Source: Eledone cirrhosa
Lineage: Eukaryota
Direction of reading: 5' to 3'
NCBI GenBank assembly: GCA_964016885.1
Contig: OZ024741.1
Coordinates: 27,466,001-27,530,000, forward strand
DNA: 64,000 nt
Of this stretch, positions 25,601 through 40,600 are shown piece after piece (the stretch's first letter is position 1; every line of letters begins with the position of its first letter). A program made the position numbers and the translations under genes. The notes beneath the pieces are model-generated. The model did no database searches. It was not told the DNA's origin and saw only the letters and a program-made list of their open reading frames with translations.

Positions 25601-28600
25601 GAACGTCGTTGACTATAGACTATAGAACTAAGCCTAACAGAACATCGTTGATTATAGAACTAAGTCTAACAGAACGTCGTTAAATATAGAACTAAGACTA
25701 ACAGAACGTCGTTGACTATATAACTAAGACTAACAGAACGTCGTTGACTATAGAACTAAGTCTAGCAGAACGTCGTTGACTATAGAACTAAGACTAACAG
25801 AACGTCGTTGACTATAGAACTAAGAGTAACAGAACGTCGTAGACTATAGAACTACGTCTAACAGAACGTCGTTGACTATAGAACTAAGTATAGCAGAACG
25901 TCGTTCACTATAGAACTAAGAGTAACAGAACGTCGTTGACTATACAACTAAGACTATCAGAACGTCGTTGACTATAGACTATAGAACTAAGTCTAACAAA
26001 AAGTCGTTGACTATAGAACTAAGTCTAACAGAACGTCGTTGACTATAAATTACAGAACTAAGTCTAACAGAACGTCGTTGACTATAGACTATAGAACTAA
26101 ATCTAGCAGAACGCGTTGACTATAGACTATAGAACTAAGTCTAACAGAACTTCGTTGACTATAGAATTAAGTGTAACAGAACGTTGTTGACTATAGATCT
26201 AAGTCTAACAGAACGTCGTTGACTATAAAACTGAGACTAACAGAACGTCGTTGACTATAGACTATAGACTATAGAACTAAGGCTAACAGAACATCGCTAA
26301 CTATAGGACTTTGATTAACAGAACGTCGTTGAATATAGATTAAGTCTAACAGAACGTCGTTGACTATAGAATTAAGTGTAACAGAACGTCGTTGACTATA
26401 GACTATAGAACTAAGTCTAACAGAACGTCGTTGACTATAGAACTAAGTCTAACAGAACGTCGTTGACTATAGGACTAAGACTAACAGAACGTCGTTGACT
26501 ATAGAACTATGTGTAGCACAACGTCGTTGACTATAGAACTAAGTCTAACAGAACGTCGTTGACTATAGAACTGAGACTAACAGAACGTCGTTGACTATAG
26601 ACTATAGAACTATGTCTAACAGAACGTCGTTGACTATAGAACTACGTCTAACAGAACGTCGTTAAATATATAAGTAAGACTAACAGAACGTCGTTGACTA
26701 TATAACTAAGACTAACAGAACGTCGTTGACTATAGCACTAAGTCTAACAGAACATCGTTGATTATAGAACTAAGTCTAACAGAACGTCGTTAAATATATA
26801 AGTAAGACTAACAGAACGTCGTTGACTATATAACTAAGACTAACAGAACGTCGTTGACTATAGAACTAAGTCTAACAGAACGTCGTTGAATATAGAACTA
26901 AGACTAACAGAACGTCGTTGACTATAGAACTAAGCGTAACAGAACCTCGTAGACTATAGAACTACGTCTAACAGAACGTCGTTGACTATAGAACTAAGTA
27001 TAGCAGAACGTCGTTCACTATAGAACTAAGACTAACAGAACGTCGTTGACTATACAACTAAGACTATCAGAACGTCGTTGACTATAGACTATAGAACTAA
27101 GTCTAAAAAAAGTCGTTGACTATAGAACTAAGTCTAACAGAACGTCGTTGACTATAGACTATAGAACTAAGTCTAACAGAACGTCGTTGACTATAGAACA
27201 AAGACTAACAGAACGTTGTTGACTAAAGAACTAAGTCTAACAGAACGTCGTTGACTATAGACTATAGAACTAAATCTAGCAGAACGCGTTGACTATAGAC
27301 TATAGAACTAAGTCTAAAAGAACGTCGTTGACTATAGACTATAGAACTAAGTTTAACAGAACGTCGTTTGCTATAGAACTAAGTCTAACAGAACGTCGTT
27401 GACTATAGAATTAAGACTAACAGAACGTCGTTGACTATAGAACTAAGTCTAACAGAACGTCGTTGACTATAATCTATAGAACTAAGTCTAACAGAATGTC
27501 GTTGACTATAGAACTAAGACTAACAGAACGTTGTTGACTAAAGAACTAAGTCTAACAGAACGTCGTTGACTATAGAATTGAGACTAACAGAACGTCGTTG
27601 ACTATAGAACTAAGTCTAACAGAACGTCGTTGACTATAAAACTGAGACTAACAGAACGTCGTTCACTATAGACTATAGAACTAAGTTTAACAGAACGTCG
27701 TTGACTATAGACTATAGAACTAAGCCTAACAGAACATCGTTGATTATAGAACTAAGTCTAACAGAACGTCGTTAAATATAGAACTAAGTCTAACAGAACG
27801 TCGTTGACTATATAACTAAGACTAACAGAACGTCGTTGACTATAGAACTAAGTCTAGCAGAACGTCGTTGACTATAAAACTCAGACTAACAGAACGTCGT
27901 TGACTATAGAACTAAGAGTAACAGAACGTCGTAGACTATAGAACTACGTCTAACAGAACGTCGTTGACTATAGAACTAAGTATAGCAGAACGTCGTTCAC
28001 TATAGAACTAAGAGTAACAGAACGTCGTTGACTATACAACTAAGACTATCAGAACGTCGTTGACTATAGACTATAGAACTAAGTCTAACAAAAAGTCGTT
28101 GACTATAGAACTAAGTCTAACAGAACGTCGTTGACTATAAACTACAGAACTAAGTCTAACAGAACGTCGTTGACTATAGACTATAGAACTATATCAGGCA
28201 GAACGCGTTGACTATAGACTATAGAACTAAGTCTAACAGAACTTCGTTGACTATAGAATTAAGTGTAACAGAACGTTGTTGACTATAGATCTAAGTCTAA
28301 CAGAACGTCGTTGACTATAAAACTGAGACTAACAGAACGTCGTTGACTATAGACTATAGACTATAGAACTAAGGCTAACAGAACATCGCTAACTATAGGA
28401 CTTTGATTAACAGAACGTCGTTGAATATAGATTAAGTCTAACAGAACGTCGTTGACTATAGAATTAAGTGTAACAGAACGTCGTTGACTATAGACTATAG
28501 AACTAAGTCTAACAGAACGTCGTTGACTATAGAACTAAGTCTAACAGAACGTCGTTGACTATAGAACTAAGACTAACAGAACGTCGTTGACTATAGAACT

Positions 28601-31600
28601 ATGTGTAGCACAACGTCGTTGACTATAGAACTAAGTCTAACAGAACGTCGTTGACTATAGAACTGAGACTAACAGAACGTCGTTGACTATAGACTATAGA
28701 ACTATGTCTAACAGAACGTCGTTGACTATAGAACTACGTCTAACAGAACGTCGTTAAATATATAAGTAAGACTAACAGAACGTCGTTGACTATATAACTA
28801 AGACTAACAGAACGTCGTTGACTATAGCACTAAGTCTAACAGAACATCGTTGACTATAGAACTAAGTCTAACAGAACGTCGTTAAATATATAAGTAAGAC
28901 TAACAGAACGTCGTTGACTATATAACTAAGACTAACAGAACGTCGTTGACTATAGAACTAAGTCTAACAGAACGTCGTTGAATATAGAACTAAGACTAAC
29001 AGAACGTCGTTGACTATAGAACTAAGCGTAACAGAACCTCGTAGACTATAGAACTACGTCTAACAGAACGTCGTTGACTATAGAACTAAGTATAGCAGAA
29101 CGTCGTTCACTATAGAACTAAGACTAACAGAACGTCGTTGACTATACAACTAAGACTATCAGAACGTCGTTGACTATAGACTATAGAACTAAGTCTAAAA
29201 AAAGTCGTTGACTATAGAACTAAGTCTAACAGAACGTCGTTGACTATAGACTATAGAACTAAGTCTAACAGAACGTCGTTGACTATAGAACAAAGACTAA
29301 CAGAACGTTGTTGACTAAAGAACTAAGTCTAACAGAACGTCGTTGACTATAGACTATAGAACTAAATCTAGCAGAACGCGTTGACTATAGACTATAGAAC
29401 TAAGTCTAAAAGAACGTCGTTGACTATAGACTATAGAACTAAGTTTAACAGAACGTCGTTTACTATAGAACTAAGTCTAACAGAACGTCGTTGACTATAG
29501 AATTAAGACTAACAGAACGTCGTTGACTATAGAACTAAGTCTAACAGAACGTCGTTGACTATAATCTATAGAACTAAGTCTAACAGAATGTCGTTGACTA
29601 TAGAACTAAGACTAACAGAACGTTGTTGACTAAAGAACTAAGTCTAACAGAACGTCGTTGACTATAGAATTGAGACTAACAGAACGTCGTTGACTATAGA
29701 ACTATGTGTAGCACAACGTCGTTGACTATAGAACTAAGTCTAACAGAACGTCGTTGACTATAGAACTAAGACTAACAGAACGTTGTTGACTAAAGAACTA
29801 AGTCTAACAGAACGTCGTTGACTATAGAATTGAGACTAACAGAACGTCGTTGACTATAGACTATAGAACTAAGGCTAACAGAACGTCGTTAACTATAGAA
29901 CTTAGATTAACAGAACGTCGTTGACTATAGACTATAGAAGTAATGCTAACAGAACGTCGTTAACTATATAACTTAGATTAACAGAACGTCCTTGACTATA
30001 GAACTAAGTCTAACAGAACGTCGTTGACAATATAATTAACTGTAACAGAACGACGTTGACTATAGACTATAGATCTAAGTCTAACAGAACGTCGTTGACT
30101 ATAGAATTAAGTCTAACAGAACGTCGTTGACTATAGAACTAAGTCTAACAGAACGTTGTTGACTATAGAACTGAGACTAACAGAACGTCGTTGACTATAG
30201 ACTATAGAACTATGTCTAACAGAACGTCGTTGACTATAGAACTACGTCTAACAGAACGTCGTTGACTATAGAACTAAGTCTAACGGAACGTCGTTGACTA
30301 TAGAACTAAGTCTAACGGAACGTCGTTGACTATAGAACTAAGTCTAACAGAACGTCGTTGACTATAGAACTTAGGTTAACAGAACGTCGTTGTCTATAGA
30401 ACTAAGACTAATAGAACGCCTTTGACTATAGAACTAAGTCTAACAGAACGTCGTTGTATATAGAACTAAGTATAACAGAACGTCGTTGACTATAGAACTG
30501 AGACTAACAGAACGTCGTTGACTATAGAACTAATACAAACAGAGCGTCGTTGACTATAGACTATAGAACTAAGTCTAACAGAACGTCGTTAACTGTAGAA
30601 CTAAGACTAACAGAACGTCGTTGACTATAGAACTAAGTCTAACAGAACGTCATTGACTATAGAACTAAAACTAACAGAACGACGTTGAGTATAGACTACA
30701 GAACTAAGTCTAACAGAACGTCGTTGAGTATAGAACTAAGTCTAACAGAATGTCGTTAACTATAGAACTAAGACTAACAGAACGTCGTTGACTATAGAAC
30801 TAAGTCTAACAGAACGTCGTTGACTATAGAACTAAGACTAACAGAACGACGTTGAGTATAGACTATAGAACTAAGTCTAACAGAACGTCGTTGACTATAG
30901 AACTAAGTCTAGTAGAACGTCGTTGACTATAGAACTAAGACTAACAGAATGTCGTTGACTATAGATTATAGAGCTAAGCCTAACAGAACGTCGTTGACTA
31001 TAGAACTAAGTCTAACAGAACGTCGTTGACTATAAAACTAAGACTAACAGAACGTCGTTGACTATAGAACTAAGTGTAACAGAACGTCATTGACTATAGA
31101 CTATAGAACTAAGTCTAACAGAATGTCGTTGACTATAGAACTAAGACTAACAGAACGTTGTTGACTAAAGAACTAAGTCTAAGAACGTCGTTGACTATAG
31201 AATTGAGACTAACAGAACGTCGTTGACTATAGAACTAAGTCTAACAGAACGTCGTTGACTATAGAACTAAGTGTAACAGAACGTCATTGACTATAGACTA
31301 TAGAACTAAGTCTAACAGAACGTCGTTGACTATAGAACTAAGACTAACAGAACGACGTTGAGTATAGACTATAGAACTAAGTCTAACAGAACGTCGTTGA
31401 CTATAGAACTAAGTCTAGCAGAACGTCGTAGACTATAGAACTACGTCAAACAGAACGTCGTTGACTAAAGAACTAAGTATAGCAGAACGTCGTTCACTGT
31501 AGAACTAAGACTATCAGAACGTTGTTGACTAAAGAACTAAGTCTAACAGAACGTCGTTCACTATAGAATTGAGACTAATAGAACGTCGTTGACTATAGAC

Positions 31601-34600
31601 TATAGAACTAAGTCTAGCAGAAGGTCGTTGACTATAGAACTAAGTCTAACAGAACGTCGTTGACTATAGAACTAAGACAAACAGAGCGTCGTTGACTATA
31701 GACTATAGAACTAAGTCTAACAGAACGTCGTTAACTGTAGAACTAAGACTAACAGAACGTCGTTGACTATAGAACTAAGTCTAACAGAACGTCATTGACT
31801 ATAGAACTAAGACTAACAGAACGACGTTGAGTATAGACTATAGACCTAAGTCTAACAGAACGTCGTTGACTATAGAACTACTCTAACAGAATGTCGTTAA
31901 CTATAGAACTAAGACTAACAGAACGTCGTTGACTATAGAACTAAGTCTAACAGAACGTCGTTGACTATAGAACTAAGACTAACAGAACGACGTTGAGTAT
32001 AGACTATAGAACTAATTCTAACAGAACGTCGTTGACTATAGAACTAAGTCTAGCAGAACGTCGTTGACTATAGAACTAAGACTAACAGAATGTCGTTGAC
32101 TATAGATTATAGAAGTAAGCCTAACAGAACGTCGTTGACTATAGAACTAAGTCTAACAGAACGTCGTTGACTATAAAACTAAGACTAACAGAACGTCGTT
32201 GACTATAGAACTAAGTGTAACAGAACGTCATTGACTATAGACTATAGAACTAAGTCTAACAGAATGTCGTTGACTATAGAACTAAGACTAACAGAACGTT
32301 GTTGACTAAAGAACTAAGTCTAACAGAACGTCGTTGACTATAGAATTGAGACTAACAGAACGTCGTTGACTATAGAACTAAGACTAACAGAACGTCGTTG
32401 ACTATAGAACTAAAACTAACAGAACGACGTTGAGTATAGACTATAGAACTAAGTCTAACAGAACGTCGTTGACTATAGAACTAAGACTAACAGAACGTCG
32501 TTGACTATAGAACTAAGACTAACAGAATGTCGTTGACTATAGATTATAGAACTAAGCCTAACAGAACGTCGTTGACTATAGAAATAAGTCTAACAGAACA
32601 TCGTTGACTATAGAACTAAGTCTAACGGAATGTCGTTAACTATAGAACTAAGACTAACAGAACGTCGTTGACTATAGAACTAAGTCTAACAGAACGTCGT
32701 TGACTATAAAACTAAGACTAACAGAACGTCGTTGACTATAGCACTAAGTCTAACAGAACATCGTTGACTATAGAACTAAGTCTAACAGAACGTCGTTAAA
32801 TATATAAGTAAGACTAACAGAACGTCGTTGACTATATAACTAAGACTAACAGAACGTCGTTGACTATAGAACTAAGTCTAACAGAACGTCGTTGAATATA
32901 GAACTAAGACTAACAGAACGTCGTTGACTATAGAACTAAGCGTAACAGAACGTCGTAGACTATAGAACTACGTCTAACAGAACGTCGTTGACTATAGAAC
33001 TAAGTATAGCAGAACGTCGTTCACTATAGAACTAAGACTAACAGAACGTCGTTGACTATACAACTAAGACTATCAGAACGTCGTTGACTATAGACTATAG
33101 AACTAAGTCTAAAAAAAGTCGTTGACTATAGAACTAAGTCTAACAGAACGTCGTTGACTACAGACTATAGAACTAAGTCTAACAGAACGTCGTTGACTAT
33201 AGAACAAAGACTAACAGAACGTTGTTGACTAAAGAACTAAGTCTAACAGAACGTCGTTGACTAGAGACTATAGAACTAAATCTAGCAGAACGCGTTGACT
33301 ATAGACTATAGAACTAAGTCTAAAAGAACGTCGTTGACTATAGACTATAGAACTAAGTTTAACAGAACGTCGTTTACTATAGAACTAAGTCTAACAGAAC
33401 GTCGTTGACTATAGAATTAAGACTAACAGAACGTCGTTGACTATAGAACTAAGTCTAACAGAACGTCGTTGACTATAATCTATAGAACTAAGTCTAACAG
33501 AATGTCGTTGACTATAGAACTAAGACTAACAGAACGTTGTTGACTAAAGAACTAAGTCTAACAGAACGTCGTTGACTATAGAATTGAGACTAACAGAACG
33601 TCGTTGACTATAGAACTAAGTCTAACAGAACGTCGTTGACTATAAAACTGAGACTAACAGAACGTCGTTCACTATAGACTATAGAACTAAGTTTAACAGA
33701 ACGTCGTTGACTATAGACTATAGAACTAAGCCTAACAGAACATCGTTGATTATAGAACTAAGTCTAACAGAACGTCGTTAAATATAGAACTAAGTCTAAC
33801 AGAACGTCGTTGACTATATAACTAAGACTAACAGAACGTCGTTGACTATAGAACTAAGTCTAGCAGAACGTCGTTGACTATAAAACTCAGACTAACAGAA
33901 CGTCGTTGACTATAGAACTAAGAGTAACAGAACGTCGTAGACTATAGAACTACGTCTAACAGAACGTCGTTGACTATAGAACTAAGTATAGCAGAACGTC
34001 GTTCACTATAGAACTAAGAGTAACAGAACGTCGTTGACTATACAACTAAGACTATCAGAACGTCGTTGACTATAGACTATAGAACTAAGTCTAACAAAAA
34101 GTCGTTGACTATAGAACTAAGTCTAACAGAACGTCGTTGACTATAAACTACAGAACTAAGTCTAACAGAACGTCGTTGACTATAGACTATAGAACTATAT
34201 CAGGCAGAACGCGTTGACTATAGACTATAGAACTAAGTCTAACAGAACTTCGTTGACTATAGAATTAAGTGTAACAGAACGTTGTTGACTATAGATCTAA
34301 GTCTAACAGAACGTCGTTGACTATAAAACTGAGACTAACAGAACGTCGTTGACTATAGACTATAGACTATAGAACTAAGGCTAACAGAACATCGCTAACT
34401 ATAGGACTTTGATTAACAGAACGTCGTTGAATATAGATTAAGTCTAACAGAACGTCGTTGACTATAGAATTAAGTGTAACAGAACGTCGTTGACTATAGA
34501 CTATAGAACTAAGTCTAACAGAACGTCGTTGACTATAGAACTAAGTCTAACAGAACGTCGTTGACTATAGAACTAAGACTAACAGAACGTCGTTGACTAT

Positions 34601-37600
34601 AGAACTATGTGTAGCACAACGTCGTTGACTATAGAACTAAGTCTAACAGAACGTCGTTGACTATAGAACTAAGACTAACAGAACGTTGTTGACTAAAGAA
34701 CTAAGTCTAACAGAACGTCGTTGACTATAGAATTGAGACTAACAGAACGTCGTTGACTATAGACTATAGAACTAAGGCTAACAGAACGTCGTTAACTATA
34801 GAACTTAGATTAACAGAACGTCGTTGACTATAGACTATAGAAGTAATGCTAACAGAACGTCGTTAACTATATAACTTAGATTAACAGAACGTCCTTGACT
34901 ATAGAACTAAGTCTAACAGAACGTCGTTGACAATATAATTAACTGTAACAGAACGACGTTGACTATAGACTATAGATCTAAGTCTAACAGAACGTCGTTG
35001 ACTATAGAATTAAGTCTAACAGAACGTCGTTGACTATAGAACTAAGTCTAACAGAACGTTGTTGACTATAGAACTGAGACTAACAGAACGTCGTTGACTA
35101 TAGACTATAGAACTATGTCTAACAGAACGTCGTTGACTATAGAACTACGTCTAACAGAACGTCGTTGACTATAGAACTAAGTCTAACGGAACGTCGTTGA
35201 CTATAGAACTAAGTCTAACGGAACGTCGTTGACTATAGAACTAAGTCTAACAGAACGTCGTTGACTATAGAACTTAGGTTAACAGAACGTCGTTGTCTAT
35301 AGAACTAAGACTAATAGAACGCCTTTGACTATAGAACTAAGTCTAACAGAACGTCGTTGTATATAGAACTAAGTATAACAGAACGTCGTTGACTATAGAA
35401 CTGAGACTAACAGAACGTCGTTGACTATAGAACTAATACAAACAGAGCGTCGTTGACTATAGACTATAGAACTAAGTCTAACAGAACGTCGTTAACTGTA
35501 GAACTAAGACTAACAGAACGTCGTTGACTATAGAACTAAGTCTAACAGAACGTCATTGACTATAGAACTAAAACTAACAGAACGACGTTGAGTATAGACT
35601 ACAGAACTAAGTCTAACAGAACGTCGTTGAGTATAGAACTAAGTCTAACAGAATGTCGTTAACTATAGAACTAAGACTAACAGAACGTCGTTGACTATAG
35701 AACTAAGTCTAACAGAACGTCGTTGACTATAGAACTAAGACTAACAGAACGACGTTGAGTATAGACTATAGAACTAAGTCTAACAGAACGTCGTTGACTA
35801 TAGAACTAAGTCTAGTAGAACGTCGTTGACTATAGAACTAAGACTAACAGAATGTCGTTGACTATAGATTATAGAGCTAAGCCTAACAGAACGTCGTTGA
35901 CTATAGAACTAAGTCTAACAGAACGTCGTTGACTATAAAACTAAGACTAACAGAACGTCGTTGACTATAGAACTAAGTGTAACAGAACGTCATTGACTAT
36001 AGACTATAGAACTAAGTCTAACAGAATGTCGTTGACTATAGAACTAAGACTAACAGAACGTTGTTGACTAAAGAACTAAGTCTAAGAACGTCGTTGACTA
36101 TAGAATTGAGACTAACAGAACGTCGTTGACTATAGAACTAAGTCTAACAGAACGTCGTTGACTATAGAACTAAGTGTAACAGAACGTCATTGACTATAGA
36201 CTATAGAACTAAGTCTAACAGAACGTCGTTGACTATAGAACTAAGACTAACAGAACGACGTTGAGTATAGACTATAGAACTAAGTCTAACAGAACGTCGT
36301 TGACTATAGAACTAAGTCTAGCAGAACGTCGTAGACTATAGAACTACGTCAAACAGAACGTCGTTGACTAAAGAACTAAGTATAGCAGAACGTCGTTCAC
36401 TGTAGAACTAAGACTATCAGAACGTTGTTGACTAAAGAACTAAGTCTAACAGAACGTCGTTCACTATAGAATTGAGACTAATAGAACGTCGTTGACTATA
36501 GACTATAGAACTAAGTCTAGCAGAAGGTCGTTGACTATAGAACTAAGTCTAACAGAACGTCGTTGACTATAGAACTAAGACAAACAGAGCGTCGTTGACT
36601 ATAGACTATAGAACTAAGTCTAACAGAACGTCGTTAACTGTAGAACTAAGACTAACAGAACGTCGTTGACTATAGAACTAAGTCTAACAGAACGTCATTG
36701 ACTATAGAACTAAGACTAACAGAACGACGTTGAGTATAGACTATAGACCTAAGTCTAACAGAACGTCGTTGACTATAGAACTACTCTAACAGAATGTCGT
36801 TAACTATAGAACTAAGACTAACAGAACGTCGTTGACTATAGAACTAAGTCTAACAGAACGTCGTTGACTATAGAACTAAGACTAACAGAACGACGTTGAG
36901 TATAGACTATAGAACTAATTCTAACAGAACGTCGTTGACTATAGAACTAAGTCTAGCAGAACGTCGTTGACTATAGAACTAAGACTAACAGAATGTCGTT
37001 GACTATAGATTATAGAAGTAAGCCTAACAGAACGTCGTTGACTATAGAACTAAGTCTAACAGAACGTCGTTGACTATAAAACTAAGACTAACAGAACGTC
37101 GTTGACTATAGAACTAAGTGTAACAGAACGTCATTGACTATAGACTATAGAACTAAGTCTAACAGAATGTCGTTGACTATAGAACTAAGACTAACAGAAC
37201 GTTGTTGACTAAAGAACTAAGTCTAACAGAACGTCGTTGACTATAGAATTGAGACTAACAGAACGTCGTTGACTATAGAACTAAGACTAACAGAACGTCG
37301 TTGACTATAGAACTAAAACTAACAGAACGACGTTGAGTATAGACTATAGAACTAAGTCTAACAGAACGTCGTTGACTATAGAACTAAGACTAACAGAACG
37401 TCGTTGACTATAGAACTAAGACTAACAGAATGTCGTTGACTATAGATTATAGAACTAAGCCTAACAGAACGTCGTTGACTATAGAAATAAGTCTAACAGA
37501 ACATCGTTGACTATAGAACTAAGTCTAACGGAATGTCGTTAACTATAGAACTAAGACTAACAGAACGTCGTTGACTATAGAACTAAGTCTAACAGAACGT

Positions 37601-40600
37601 CGTTGACTATAAAACTAAGACTAACAGAACGTCGTTGACTATAGCACTAAGTCTAACAGAACATCGTTGACTATAGAACTAAGTCTAACAGAACGTCGTT
37701 AAATATATAAGTAAGACTAACAGAACGTCGTTGACTATATAACTAAGACTAACAGAACGTCGTTGACTATAGAACTAAGTCTAACAGAACGTCGTTGAAT
37801 ATAGAACTAAGACTAACAGAACGTCGTTGACTATAGAACTAAGCGTAACAGAACGTCGTAGACTATAGAACTACGTCTAACAGAACGTCGTTGACTATAG
37901 AACTAAGTATAGCAGAACGTCGTTCACTATAGAACTAAGACTAACAGAACGTCGTTGACTATACAACTAAGACTATCAGAACGTCGTTGACTATAGACTA
38001 TAGAACTAAGTCTAAAAAAAGTCGTTGACTATAGAACTAAGTCTAACAGAACGTCGTTGACTACAGACTATAGAACTAAGTCTAACAGAACGTCGTTGAC
38101 TATAGAACAAAGACTAACAGAACGTTGTTGACTAAAGAACTAAGTCTAACAGAACGTCGTTGACTAGAGACTATAGAACTAAATCTAGCAGAACGCGTTG
38201 ACTATAGACTATAGAACTAAGTCTAACAGAACGTCGTTGACTATAGACTATAGAACTAAGTTTAACAGAACGTCGTTTACTATAGAACTAAGTCTAACAG
38301 AACGTCGTTGACTATAGAACTAAGACTAACAGAACGTCGTTGACTATAGAATTAAGTCTAACAGAACGTCGTTGACTATAATCTATAGAACTAAGTCTAA
38401 CAGAATGTCGTTGACTATAGAACTAAGACTAACAGAACGTTGTTGACTAAAGAACTAAGTCTAACAGAACGTCGTTGACTATAGAATTGAGACTAACAGA
38501 ACGTCGTTGACTATAGAACTAAGTCTAACAGAACGTCGTTGACTATAAAACTGAGACTAACAGAACGTCGTTCACTATAGACTATAGAACTAAGTTTAAC
38601 AGAACGTCGTTGACTATAGACTATAGAACTAAGCCTAACAGAACATCGTTGATTATAGAACTAAGTCTAACAGAACGTCGTTAAATATAGAACTAAGACT
38701 AACAGAACGTCGTTGACTATATAACTAAGACTAACAGAACGTCGTTGACTATAGAACTAAGTCTAGCAGAACGTCGTTGACTATAGAACTAAGACTAACA
38801 GAACGTCGTTGACTATAGAACTAAGAGTAACAGAACGTCGTAGACTATAGAACTACGTCTAACAGAACGTCGTTGACTATAGAACTAAGTATAGCAGAAC
38901 GTCGTTCACTATAGAACTAAGAGTAACAGAACGTCGTTGACTATACAACTAAGACTATCAGAACGTCGTTGACTATAGACTATAGAACTAAGTCTAACAA
39001 AAAGTCGTTGACTATAGAACTAAGTCTAACAGAACGTCGTTGACTATAAATTACAGAACTAAGTCTAACAGAACGTCGTTGACTATAGACTATAGTACTA
39101 AATCTAGCAGAACGCGTTGACTATAGACTATAGAACTAAGTCTAACAGAACTTCGTTGACTATAGAATTAAGTGTAACAGAACGTTGTTGACTATAGATC
39201 TAAGTCTAACAGAACGTCGTTGACTATAAAACTGAGACTAACAGAACGTCGTTGACTATAGACTATAGACTATAGAACTAAGGCTAACAGAACATCGCTA
39301 ACTATAGGACTTTGATTAACAGAACGTCGTTGAATATAGATTAAGTCTAACAGAACGTCGTTGACTATAGAATTAAGTGTAACAGAACGTCGTTGACTAT
39401 AGACTATAGAACTAAGTCTAACAGAACGTCGTTGACTATAGAACTAAGTCTAACAGAACGTCGTTGACTATAGAACTAAGACTAACAGAACGTCGTTGAC
39501 TATAGAACTATGTGTAGCACAACGTCGTTGACTATAGAACTAAGTCTAACAGAACGTCGTTGACTATAGAACTGAGACTAACAGAACGTCGTTGACTATA
39601 GACTATAGAACTATGTCTAACAGAACGTCGTTGACTATAGAACTACGTCTAACAGAACGTCGTTAAATATATAAGTAAGACTAACAGAACGTCGTTGACT
39701 ATATAACTAAGACTAACAGAACGTCGTTGACTATAGCACTAAGTCTAACAGAACATCGTTGACTATAGAACTAAGTCTAACAGAACGTCGTTAAATATAT
39801 AAGTAAGACTAACAGAACGTCGTTGACTATATAACTAAGACTAACAGAACGTCGTTGACTATAGAACTAAGTCTAACAGAACGTCGTTGAATATAGAACT
39901 AAGACTAACAGAACGTCGTTGACTATAGAACTAAGCGTAACAGAACATCGTAGACTATAGAACTACGTCTAACAGAACGTCGTTGACTATAGAACTAAGT
40001 GTAGCAGAACGTCGTTCACTATAGAACTAAGACTAACAGAACGTCGTTGACTATACAACTAAGACTATCAGAACGTCGTTGACTATAGACTATAGAACTA
40101 AGTCTAAAAAAAGTCGTTGACTATAGAACTAAGTCTAACAGAACGTCGTTGACTATAGACTATAGAACTAAGTCTAACAGAACGTCGTTGACTATAGAAC
40201 AAAGACTAACAGAACGTTTTTGACTAAAGAACTAAGTCTAACAGAACGTCGTTGACTATAGACTATAGAACTAAATCTAGCAGAACGCGTTGACTATAGA
40301 CTATAGAACTAAGTCTAACAGAACGTCGTTGACTATAGACTATAGAACTAAGTTTAACAGAACGTCGTTTACTATAGAACTAAGTCTAACAGAACGTCGT
40401 TGACTATAGAACTAAGACTAACAGAACGTCGTTGACTATAGAACTAAGTCTAACAGAACGTCGTTGACTATAATCTATAGAACTAAGTCTAACAGAATGT
40501 CGTTGACTATAGAACTAAGACTAACAGAACGTTGTTGACTAAAGAACTAAGTCTAACAGAACGTCGTTGACTATAGAATTGAGACTAACAGAACGTCGTT

